NCBI GenBank assembly: GCA_021325135.1
Contig: JAJPHT010000029.1
Location: 32,001 to 96,000 of the forward strand
Direction of reading: 5' to 3'
DNA from: Pseudomonadota bacterium
Lineage (GTDB): Archaea > Thermoplasmatota > SW-10-69-26 > JACQPN01 > JAJPHT01
Length of the DNA stretch: 64,000 nucleotides
The notes beneath the pieces were generated by a model. That model saw only the letters and a program-made list of their open reading frames with translations, did no database searches and had not been told where the DNA came from. The position numbers and the translations under genes are program-made. Below are positions 28,401 to 36,486 of this stretch, piece by piece (positions within the stretch are counted from its first letter, which is position 1; every line of letters begins with the position of its first letter).

Positions 28401-31400
28401 ACAACTCGCTCCAGCCCATCTTCGTCCTGCCCGGCCTCCACGTCAGCGTCGAGCCCGAGGCCGAGCGCTACGATCAGCCCGCGTTCCCCTTGGGCTCCGA
28501 AGCTTACCTGGTGGTCGACGCCTTCGGCGCCAACGCCGCGAGCTACCTCGCCAACGCGCCCAGCGTGACCTCGGCCCACGGCCAGTCGTGGAGCGCCTCG
28601 CCCCTGCAAGCTGGCGTCAACGACGTGCGCGGCGTGCTGGGCGACGACCTCGACCCCGCGCTGGCGGGCCTCACGGCCCACCGCGTCTTCCGTCTGGGCA
28701 TCCCCACCTCCAGCGACTTCTACCGCGCCAACTGCATCGGCACCACGAGCCAGGGCTGCTGGGACGAGCCCCTCGCCGGGTGGACGCGCAAGGTGCAGGG
28801 CGACGTGCCCGGCGTGGGCACCGGCTTCGCGTATGATATCACGGTGAAGGCCACGAACGCCGCGACCGGCGACGCCATGACGGACCACACGCAGCCCGTC
28901 GTCATCTGGGAGGGCGTCATGTTCCGCCTCCACACCGACACCGTCGTCGTCCAGCAGGACGGCCGCTCCGGCGAGCTTCCCGCCGACGTGATCGCAGTCA
29001 AGGACGGCGCCCTGTGCGAGCCCAACGACCTGTGGGCCGTCTTCAGCTGGCTCTACCGCTGCAAGGGCACCTTCGACACCGTGCGCCTCACCGACGCGCA
29101 CACGGGCGTCGACCTGGGCTTCACTGTGAACTGGCCCGAGACGGGCAAGCTCGACCTCAAGGCGCCCTCCAACTTCGACCAGTTCCCCCTGGACGTGCGC
29201 TTGAGCTACGGCGACCGCGCGGTCTCGCCCGAGTTCACGCTCATCCGCAGCGGCCCCGCGCTCCAGACGAACCCCGACGGCAGCGCGCAGGACCTCCTGG
29301 GCGGCCCCGCCTCCCTCCAGCCCGGCGGCCTCCACGTGCTCTCGCTCAACGTCGTCGCGCTGGGCTACTCCCCCGAGGAGATCCACAACGCCATCGTGCG
29401 GCTCTGCTATCCTTCGACGCTGGAGGTGTGGGACGAGCGCGGCCACGGCGACTGGTGGGGCGGCGGCGCGCCCGACGCGGCGGCCCTCGTCAACGGCGCG
29501 GGCCAGACGCCCTGCCCCACGGGCTTCTCGGCGGCCTACCGCACCATGCCGCTCACCAGGAACGCGGTCACGCCCTTCTCCTTCGTCGCGCGCACCAGCG
29601 CCGCCACCGGCAGCACCGTGCGCGTCGTCGCCGACCTCTTCGACGAGAACGGCGTGGCGCCCTCGGGCCGCACCACGGCGCAGGTGCACGTCGACCAGAC
29701 GCTCAACGTCGGCCCCGCCGCCACGAGCCTCGCCACCGACCAGTACCTCCGCGCGCTGAAGGCCCGCGTGGCCCTCGCGCAGGCCGGAGCCCGCGCCGCG
29801 CTCTACGACAACGACAAGCGCTTCGTCAACATGACGTGGGACATCGGCACGGGCGCCGTGGACCTGGCGCTGGGCGCGCTGTTCCACAAGTACGGCGACT
29901 ACTTCTTCGACGAGGTCACCAAGGTCAACAAGGGCCTCCTCAACCGCGCCGTGGGCACGCTCTTCCCCATGGGCCAGGAGCTTCTCGTGGACAAGACCGT
30001 GGAGGTCTTCATCGAGACGCTCACCGCCGACGACGGGGGCAGCAAGGTCGCCAGCGGCTCGGGCGCCGCGGCCGCCGGCACGCCCGCGCAGAAGGCCGTC
30101 GACAAGATCGCCAGCGACTACCTCGACCACGTCGCGCGCGGCGACTTCGCGCCTGGCAAGACGTTCACGCCCGCCAGCGCGCGCGACCTCGTCTACAAGC
30201 TCGACGTCGCGCAGAACGTCTACGAGGCCTCGCTGGTGAAGGATGCGCGCTGGGCCATGCCCACCTTCGGCTGCTTCATGCCCGAGGTCTCGCCCCCCCA
30301 GCCCGGCCAGCTTCGCGACGAGGCGCTGCTGGGCGACCAGACCATCTGCCACAACGTGGAGATGCACCCCCTGGCCAGCGAGCCGCTGCGCTACCCCAAC
30401 CTCCTGGGCTACTACCACGCCAACCAGATGGTGATCATGAACTCGGACTGGATCAAGAAGACCCAGGACGCGTTGAGCTACCTCAGCCTGGGCCTCTCGC
30501 TGATCTCCATCGTGGCGCCGCCCGTCGCGGCCGCCGCGGGCGTCGCGGACGTGACGAGCCTCGCCGCGGACGCCGCCGTGCTGGGTGCCAAGACCAGCTT
30601 CTACCGCAACGGCGTGCTGGCCTACCCCGTGAGCCAGGCGAGCGTCGGGAGCATCTTCGAGGACGCCACGTTCAACCCGCACTGCTGCACGGCGCACCTC
30701 TCCGGCGCCGTGAGCGCGGGCGCTGAGCAGAGCTTCACGCTGGCCAACGAGAACGGCACGACGCAGATGAACGCGAGCCTTCTCGTGGCGCCGGGCGATC
30801 CGCTGCCCACGCTGGAGGCCGTCACCGCCTCGGGCGTCGTGCTCAACGCCTCCGTCAACGTCACGGACAACGGCACGCTGCTCTCCATCCAGATCCCCAC
30901 GGACGTGGCGGGCAACACGACGCTGCGCATCCGCGGCAACTCCTCCGCCGACCCGCAGCCCTACACCATCGCGGTGGGCAGCGCGCTGCGCGACGAGGTG
31001 CGCTTCGCGCGCCTCAACTTCACCGCGGGCGGGGTCCCCGTCACCGTGACCGACGTGACGGCGCAGGTCAACGGCGTCACCGCCGACGTGAGCCAGGTCC
31101 CCGGCGGCATGCTGGAGGTGCGCGCGACGCAGGGCGCCACGCTCCACGTCACCGCCAGCGCGCCCGGCTACGCGCCCCTGGACGCCACGCGCGTCGTGCA
31201 GCTCCCCGACCGCTTCGGCAACGTCGACCTGGCCCTGACGCCCCTCGTGAGCGCGCCCGCCGTCCTCACAGCCGCGCTCACCCCCGGCGCCACGGGGCAC
31301 GTTGCCGTCGCCCTCACCAACCCCACGAGCGGCGCGCAGACGTACTCGCTGAGCGTCACGGGCCTGCCCCACGCCATCGCCATCTCGGCCGCGCCCAAGA

Positions 31401-34400
31401 CGCTCGCCGCGGGCGCCTCGGGCTCCATCGACCTCGCGCTGACGCCCGGCGCGCGCATCCTGCCGGGCCAGCTTCGCGGCGACGTGGCGTTCCTCGACGC
31501 CGCGGGCCACGAGATCCGGCGCATCCCGCTCCTGGCCACCGTCACGGGCCCCTTCCCCACGCTGCGCGGGGTCCCCCGCGAGGTGGACGCCATCGCGGGC
31601 AGCGTCGTGAGCACGAGCGTCACGCTGCGCAACGCCGGCAACGCCCAGATCACCGGCATCCAGGCCGCCTGGAAGGGCCCCTCTTGGATCACCGTCGTGG
31701 GCGCGCCCCTCACGCTGGCCGCCGGCGCCGAGGCCACGCTCACGCTGGTCGCGACGCCGCCCGCCAACGCCGCGGCGGGCGTCCTCAACACGAACCTCTC
31801 CATCACGTCCATGAACGCCTTCGAGGCCAACGCCACCTTCGACGTGCACGTCTTCGCTTCGGCGAGCTCGCTGCCGCAGATCCGCGCGACGGGCGGCGAC
31901 GTGGACGGCGACGGCGTGCCCGACGCCGTGCTCGCCGAGGGGCGCGGCTCCAGCGCCTACGTCGGGCTGAGGGACGCCTCGGGCGACGAGGTCGGCGTCG
32001 AGCTGGCGAGCCACCAGCTCATGCAGGGCTCGACGACGCTCCTGGACACGCGCCTGCGCACGCCCTCCTACGGCTCCGCTCCCGGAGAGACCATCGCCAC
32101 GTGGTCCACGACGCAGGCCAGCCTCACCCGCGTCCTGCGCGTCGTGAACGGCAGCATCGAGGTGACGTTCACCGCCACCGCGCCCGCCGGCCCCGCGCCC
32201 ACCGTGCAGACGGTGTACCTGCGCCACGGCAGCCTCGTGGGCGACACGGTCATCGGCAACTGGACCGGCGGCGCGGCCGCGCCCGCGCTGCGTCTCGACC
32301 TGGGCGCCGCCGCGACCACCGTCGCGACGTTCACCACCTCGCCCCTGGCCGGCGCGCGCTGGAGGATCGCCCCCGCGCACCCCGTGGACGCCCGCATGGC
32401 GCCCTCCCTGTCTGGTGATATCATCCTCTCGGGCAAGGTCGTCGCCGTCTACCCGGCGAGCTTCGTCCTCCAGGACCGCTCCGGCGCCGCCACGGTCAGC
32501 CTGGGCGGCCAGTCCGGCGTCCGCGTGGGCGACATCGCCTACGCGCGCGTCGAGGGCGACGGCAACGGCACGCTCGCGCTCACGGACTACCACGTCACCG
32601 GCCACGCCTCCGTCGTCTCCACGCCCGTGGACGCCGCCGGCGCGGCGGCCCTGTTCGCCGCCAACGGCACCATGCTGGTCGACGTCTCGGGCACCGTCGT
32701 CTCGCAGAGCGCCAACGCCGTCGTGATCGCCACCGCCACCGGCAACCTCGCGGTCTCCTACGGGAGCGCCGCCCCCGCGGTGGCGCCCGGCGAGCCCTAC
32801 GTGGCGCGCGGCGCGCTGACCTCCGCCACGACGCTCCTCTCCGTCCCGCCCACCGTCCGCATCGCCCTCTCGGGCAGCACGTTCGGCCCCTGGTACACCA
32901 GCGCCGTGGGCGTCTCCCTGGTGGCGACGGGCGCCGCGTCCACGCAGCTCTCGCTGGACGGCGTCGCGGCGCAGGGCACCAGCGCCACCGCCACGCAGGA
33001 GGGGCTCCACTCGGCCACCGGCAGCGCCACCGACGCGCTGGGCAACGTCGCGCCCATCTCCCGCGCCTTCAGCGTCGACACCGCCGCGCCCACGACGCAG
33101 CTGGCCCTGGTGGGCCCCTCCTACTCGGGCTCCGTCGTGTTCGTGGCGCCCTCCACCACGTTCCGCCTCGTGGCCACCGACGCCGTGAGCGGCGTCTCGG
33201 GCAGCACGCTCTGCGTGCGCGGCTCGTGCGCGCCCTACGCCTCGCCCGTCCCCGCGGGCTCCACCGAGGGCCCGGTCGCCCTCTCGTGGTGGAGCGTCGA
33301 CAACGCGGGCCACACCGAGACGAGCCACGCCAGCAGCGTCACCGTGGACGCCACCGGGCCCGCCGTCGACGCGAGCTTCGCGGGGACCGTGGGCCTCGCC
33401 GGGTGGTGGGTCAGCAACGTGACGGCCACCTTCTCGTGCGACGACGGGGCGGGCTCCGGCTGCGCCTACGTGCAGTATTCGCTGGACAACGGCTCGTGGA
33501 CCACCGCGGGCGCCTCCCTCCTCGTGAAGGGCGAGGCGCGCCACCCGCTGCTGATCCGCGGCGTCGACCGCGTCGGCAACGTGGGCCCCGCGCGCTCCTG
33601 GACGCTCCCCATCGACCTCTACGGCCCCAACATGGGCTGGTCGCTGGCCGGCCCCTTCGCCACGGACGCGCGCGGCTACACCGTCGTGAGCGCCAACACC
33701 ACGCTCCTCCTCGTGGGCCAGGACCGCTTCTCGGGCGTCGCGGGCCTCTGGTACGGCGTCAACGCCGCCGCCTCGCTCCCCTACCCGTCCTCGGGCATCG
33801 GCTTCCCCAACCAGACGGTGAACGAGACGATCTACGCCAACGGGACGGACAACGCCGGCAACGTCGGCCCCACGCTGCGCCTCGACCTCGTCGTGGACAA
33901 CGAGGCGCCCATCGCGAACCTCACCCAGCCGCCGCGCAACTCCGTCACCGTGGACGGCGCGGTCGTCACCCTCGACCCGCCGGGCATCATCGTGGGCGAC
34001 GTGCGCCGCTCGCTGACCGCCGTGCCCAGCGTGGACGCGCGCGGCAGCGCGGTCGTCGCCCGCAGCGTCACGGTGAACCTCACCGCCAACGACCGGCTCG
34101 TGAGGATCGCCCGCGTCGAGTTCTACGTGGACAACGAGACCTCGCCGCGCTACTTCTACGCCCACAGCGTGCCCACGGGCTGGTACACGTGGCTCTGGGA
34201 CGTCTCCACCGAGACGGCCGGCGACCACAACCTCACCGCCAAGGCCTACGACGAGCTAGGCAACGTCGCCGTGATCCGGCGCCTCGTGACCATCGTTGCC
34301 ATCCCGGCCACGTCCGGAGCGCCCGGAAGCGCCAACATGGGCGGCAACATGGTGACCCTCCTCAACGGCATGAACGTCTGCGTGCCGCAGGGCTGGCGCA

Positions 34401-34591
34401 ACAACCAGGCGCTCCTCCAGGGGAACATCGCCGACTGCATCCAGAACCTCATCAGCAAGATGACGCCCGTCGCGATGGGCGCCCCCAGCGCGGAGCGCGC
34501 GCCGCCCCGGGAGCCCGCGCCGTCGTCCCCCGACGCGGTGACACCAGATATTTGGCGAAGCAGGCGCGCTCAGGCCGAGGAGTCCCCGTGA
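25406..34591 (+). CDS. giant secreted protein (3061 aa): 2x(MG-like + FN3), CARDB repeats, central helical hydrophobic domain, NEW3/Ig domains, OB-like folds, Ig repeats, Cys-closed C-terminal motif
   Basis: GAGGTGA SD; signal peptide; CARDB signatures PDL...V.N.G...ADP.NAI.E..E.NN; FN3-like TTY.VRVR..D.Y...GPW. Confidence 0.88.
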   Translation: MKESRALALAFASLLVLPAVLVAHAAAADPGNEAILAFDHQVGYHLGATGDLMRLEASVVVAQAPGTQWEMRILDPQGAIRARDSFVGASFSANLSLQLHEGDLAGAWRGEVRRFDASASAWVVSGAVVTGVDFVPLPGTPSLFASAADNRVDLAWSSTVNPPASYEVEMSEDADFTLVPPQFHLYDSPSTATEFVASFGTTYHVRVRVRDLYNGYGPWNATTVRTDPAVGTVGFDRGAYIVGPAGGDQLVARLRALGDADTIWRLQVKDSTGALRYEGTTTGSLAANLTGVVTLTAADPRGAWTAEVSSRKAATSWSLWNSSATTVADTVPPAPPSLVVSAHGQQVSATWLPQGGTGSLRYDAQLAADPSFTSPLVSLPSTTQQTLAYAGAWATTYYVRVRTLDAYGAVGPWSTQQAATDAEPLPDLVIGPHSVWLYPETPYEGSTGSLRVLVENRGTLAANGAQVAATLNGAPAGSATVTIPAGGSQIVAIPLSFPARGAAQIVATADPANAIRELAETNNAGSLSLTVEKPPVNLVIAPADVVVSPAVPTALQPATVTVTVHNVGTEQSGPAQVQLLAGETVLLDASVNVAPGGSSTLSATWTPAVAGAITLLARADPTNAIRETTENDNVATRSVTVGSRPDLVLEQYALAPTGTTVGSRVDVTMRVRNGGDFATPATTVDLTSTSPTGQKTLVQTLQVPALQPGGFAPLAGAFTPTAAGTWSLDAAVDPADAIAETSEANNRACASATFTTAPLADVSVALGSVDALLHGKGARAQVTVTNGGTAPAQNVHLALRLKDPARPDLAGIDLGSQDIGLLAPGEGQQVSFAFTPQRVLGFPEAADLVVEASTTSPEASLADDSASTHVVVRAPDLVVTMPSQISILGIESPAQGIHRPPTYATIENIGNARAEAITLSFSQSTGTKTWTLGTDGLTPSGLAPGESVTLALPHVDADSPGFWPAVFQADVTRASAAASGPVADAEPALGVEPDLLRGDNSLQPIFVLPGLHVSVEPEAERYDQPAFPLGSEAYLVVDAFGANAASYLANAPSVTSAHGQSWSASPLQAGVNDVRGVLGDDLDPALAGLTAHRVFRLGIPTSSDFYRANCIGTTSQGCWDEPLAGWTRKVQGDVPGVGTGFAYDITVKATNAATGDAMTDHTQPVVIWEGVMFRLHTDTVVVQQDGRSGELPADVIAVKDGALCEPNDLWAVFSWLYRCKGTFDTVRLTDAHTGVDLGFTVNWPETGKLDLKAPSNFDQFPLDVRLSYGDRAVSPEFTLIRSGPALQTNPDGSAQDLLGGPASLQPGGLHVLSLNVVALGYSPEEIHNAIVRLCYPSTLEVWDERGHGDWWGGGAPDAAALVNGAGQTPCPTGFSAAYRTMPLTRNAVTPFSFVARTSAATGSTVRVVADLFDENGVAPSGRTTAQVHVDQTLNVGPAATSLATDQYLRALKARVALAQAGARAALYDNDKRFVNMTWDIGTGAVDLALGALFHKYGDYFFDEVTKVNKGLLNRAVGTLFPMGQELLVDKTVEVFIETLTADDGGSKVASGSGAAAAGTPAQKAVDKIASDYLDHVARGDFAPGKTFTPASARDLVYKLDVAQNVYEASLVKDARWAMPTFGCFMPEVSPPQPGQLRDEALLGDQTICHNVEMHPLASEPLRYPNLLGYYHANQMVIMNSDWIKKTQDALSYLSLGLSLISIVAPPVAAAAGVADVTSLAADAAVLGAKTSFYRNGVLAYPVSQASVGSIFEDATFNPHCCTAHLSGAVSAGAEQSFTLANENGTTQMNASLLVAPGDPLPTLEAVTASGVVLNASVNVTDNGTLLSIQIPTDVAGNTTLRIRGNSSADPQPYTIAVGSALRDEVRFARLNFTAGGVPVTVTDVTAQVNGVTADVSQVPGGMLEVRATQGATLHVTASAPGYAPLDATRVVQLPDRFGNVDLALTPLVSAPAVLTAALTPGATGHVAVALTNPTSGAQTYSLSVTGLPHAIAISAAPKTLAAGASGSIDLALTPGARILPGQLRGDVAFLDAAGHEIRRIPLLATVTGPFPTLRGVPREVDAIAGSVVSTSVTLRNAGNAQITGIQAAWKGPSWITVVGAPLTLAAGAEATLTLVATPPANAAAGVLNTNLSITSMNAFEANATFDVHVFASASSLPQIRATGGDVDGDGVPDAVLAEGRGSSAYVGLRDASGDEVGVELASHQLMQGSTTLLDTRLRTPSYGSAPGETIATWSTTQASLTRVLRVVNGSIEVTFTATAPAGPAPTVQTVYLRHGSLVGDTVIGNWTGGAAAPALRLDLGAAATTVATFTTSPLAGARWRIAPAHPVDARMAPSLSGDIILSGKVVAVYPASFVLQDRSGAATVSLGGQSGVRVGDIAYARVEGDGNGTLALTDYHVTGHASVVSTPVDAAGAAALFAANGTMLVDVSGTVVSQSANAVVIATATGNLAVSYGSAAPAVAPGEPYVARGALTSATTLLSVPPTVRIALSGSTFGPWYTSAVGVSLVATGAASTQLSLDGVAAQGTSATATQEGLHSATGSATDALGNVAPISRAFSVDTAAPTTQLALVGPSYSGSVVFVAPSTTFRLVATDAVSGVSGSTLCVRGSCAPYASPVPAGSTEGPVALSWWSVDNAGHTETSHASSVTVDATGPAVDASFAGTVGLAGWWVSNVTATFSCDDGAGSGCAYVQYSLDNGSWTTAGASLLVKGEARHPLLIRGVDRVGNVGPARSWTLPIDLYGPNMGWSLAGPFATDARGYTVVSANTTLLLVGQDRFSGVAGLWYGVNAAASLPYPSSGIGFPNQTVNETIYANGTDNAGNVGPTLRLDLVVDNEAPIANLTQPPRNSVTVDGAVVTLDPPGIIVGDVRRSLTAVPSVDARGSAVVARSVTVNLTANDRLVRIARVEFYVDNETSPRYFYAHSVPTGWYTWLWDVSTETAGDHNLTAKAYDELGNVAVIRRLVTIVAIPATSGAPGSANMGGNMVTLLNGMNVCVPQGWRNNQALLQGNIADCIQNLISKMTPVAMGAPSAERAPPREPAPSSPDAVTPDIWRSRRAQAEESP

Positions 34592-36429
34592 TGCCCCGAG
34601 CCTCCAGGATCGCCCCCCTCCTGGCCCTCCTCCTCGTCGCCACCTCCCTCGCCGCCCTGCCTGCGCAGGCCACCGCCGACGACTGCGGGCTCGGGACCGA
34701 CGCGTCCTCCGACGCCTTTGCTCCCTCCGCGGTGACGACGCCCCTGGGCCCGTGCACCGGGAACCTCGGCAGCTCCGACGCGCGGGACGCCTACGGCTTC
34801 CACCTCGACGCGGGGCAGGCCGTGAACGTCACCGTGGGCGCCCCTGCGGGCACCCAGCTGAGCGCGTGCGTCCTAGCGCCCGACGGCTCCTCCCAGGCGT
34901 GCGAGCACCGCGGCGCCGGCGCGACGACGCACCTCACCGAGGTCACCGCCACCGTGGGCGGCACCTACGTCCTCGTCGTCAGCCTCGACAGCGGAGGCGG
35001 GGACTACACCCTGGAGGTCGACGGGCCCTCCGGCGTCCCCGCGCAGGACGACTGCGACCTGGGCACCGACGCGCCCGCCGGCGCCAGCGCGCCCTACCTG
35101 CACCCCGGCCTCTCCTGCGACGGCGCCTTCCCCGAGGGCGACGAGATGGACTCCTACTCGCTGGACCTCCACCGGGGCGACACCGTCACCGCGACCATGA
35201 CGCGCGACGCCAACTACCCCACGATCTGCCTGCAGTCCCCCACGGGCGGCCTCACGTGCGACATGCCCGCGCTCAACCACACGGGCCTCGTGGGCGCCAC
35301 CGTCCAGGTCAGCGGCCAGTGGTCCCTCTACCTCTACGTGGACCCCGGCATCGTCTCCTCCTACCACCTCAACGTCACCCTCGCGCGCCCCGCCGCCGAC
35401 GACTGCCGCACCGGCGGCGACGCGGGCGACGACGCCGCGCACGCCAGCCGCGTCTTCACCCCCATGAACCGCTGCGAGGCCGAGCTGGCCTCCTCCGAGA
35501 CGCAGGACTGGTACGCCTTCAACGCCACGAAGGGCGACCCGCTCTCGGCCTCCGTGCAGGACGGCCCCTTCGTGGGCGCGACCCTCTGCCTCTTCGCCCC
35601 CGCCGCCTCCACGCCCGCCGCGTGCGCGAGCGCCGGGACCGGCGCGCAGGCCTCCCTCGCCCTCAACGCCACCGCCACCGGCGCGTGGCGGGCGCGCGTG
35701 CAGCGCGACTCGGGCGCGGGCTTCTACTCCCTCTCCCTGGTGGACCACCGCGCGGGGATGTTCAACGACCCGCCCGTGCTCCGCCTTCTCACCTGCGATC
35801 CCGGGCCGCACCTCGTGAACCAGGCGTTCACGTGCACGCTCATCGGGCACGACGACGGGCCCCAGGTCTTCTACACGTGGACCTACGGCGACGGCCGCTC
35901 GGGCCTGACCGCCGCCAAGGCGCCTGGCGATCCCGCCCTCGTGACGGTGCGTTACTCCGCCGCGGGCTCCTACGTCTTCCGCGCGCGCATCTCCGACAAC
36001 GACCTGCGCGGCCCGCCCACCTCGGAGTCGGGCAATGAGCTGACCATCACCCTCGTCGTGGGTCCCGGCAGCAGCGCGGCCACCTCGTGGAACGCGACCC
36101 TCGCCACGCCCTCCGTGGCGGCGCATCTCCAGGACCAGGCCTCGCGCCTCGCGGGCTACCGCGGCCCCACGCTCTCCGTCTACGCCGGGCAGGCCAGCTT
36201 CCCGCTGGATCGCCCCGCCGCGGGCGGCGAGGCCGTCAGCCTCTCGTGGACGCAGCCCGCGGACCTCGACGTCCTCTTCCAGGACTCGCAGGGCCGCGCG
36301 CTGCCCGGCGGCTGCGCGACCTCGGGCCTGGGCAGCGCGGAGTCGTGCGTGGCCCCCGCGGGCGCGCGCTTCCTCGTGGTGCGGCTCGCCACGGGCGCGG
36401 TCGCCGACTTCGGCCTCAAGCTGGGCTGA
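34591..36429 (+). CDS. secreted protein with three DDCxxGxDA-initiated PPC-like repeats and a PKD-like domain (612 aa)
   Basis: TGATG overlap with the previous gene; signal peptide; repeats DDCGLGTDA, DDCDLGTDA, DDCRTGGDA each followed by D.Y.F/L; YTWTYGDG PKD motif. Confidence 0.82.
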   Translation: MPRASRIAPLLALLLVATSLAALPAQATADDCGLGTDASSDAFAPSAVTTPLGPCTGNLGSSDARDAYGFHLDAGQAVNVTVGAPAGTQLSACVLAPDGSSQACEHRGAGATTHLTEVTATVGGTYVLVVSLDSGGGDYTLEVDGPSGVPAQDDCDLGTDAPAGASAPYLHPGLSCDGAFPEGDEMDSYSLDLHRGDTVTATMTRDANYPTICLQSPTGGLTCDMPALNHTGLVGATVQVSGQWSLYLYVDPGIVSSYHLNVTLARPAADDCRTGGDAGDDAAHASRVFTPMNRCEAELASSETQDWYAFNATKGDPLSASVQDGPFVGATLCLFAPAASTPAACASAGTGAQASLALNATATGAWRARVQRDSGAGFYSLSLVDHRAGMFNDPPVLRLLTCDPGPHLVNQAFTCTLIGHDDGPQVFYTWTYGDGRSGLTAAKAPGDPALVTVRYSAAGSYVFRARISDNDLRGPPTSESGNELTITLVVGPGSSAATSWNATLATPSVAAHLQDQASRLAGYRGPTLSVYAGQASFPLDRPAAGGEAVSLSWTQPADLDVLFQDSQGRALPGGCATSGLGSAESCVAPAGARFLVVRLATGAVADFGLKLG

Positions 36430-36486
36430 GGCGCGCGGCAACCCGCCTCAAACATCCTTTTCTCCCTGGGAAGTTTGCTGGCGGCC

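Noticed and set aside
17706-34228. Very long antisense and alternate-frame ORFs (e.g. 17706..25058 -, 25076..34228 -, also 9471..13349 +)
   Set aside because: Shadow ORFs caused by extreme GC3 bias that removes stop codons; translations are Arg/Gly/Ala/Val-rich without motifs, and the opposite frames carry clear signal peptides and domains.
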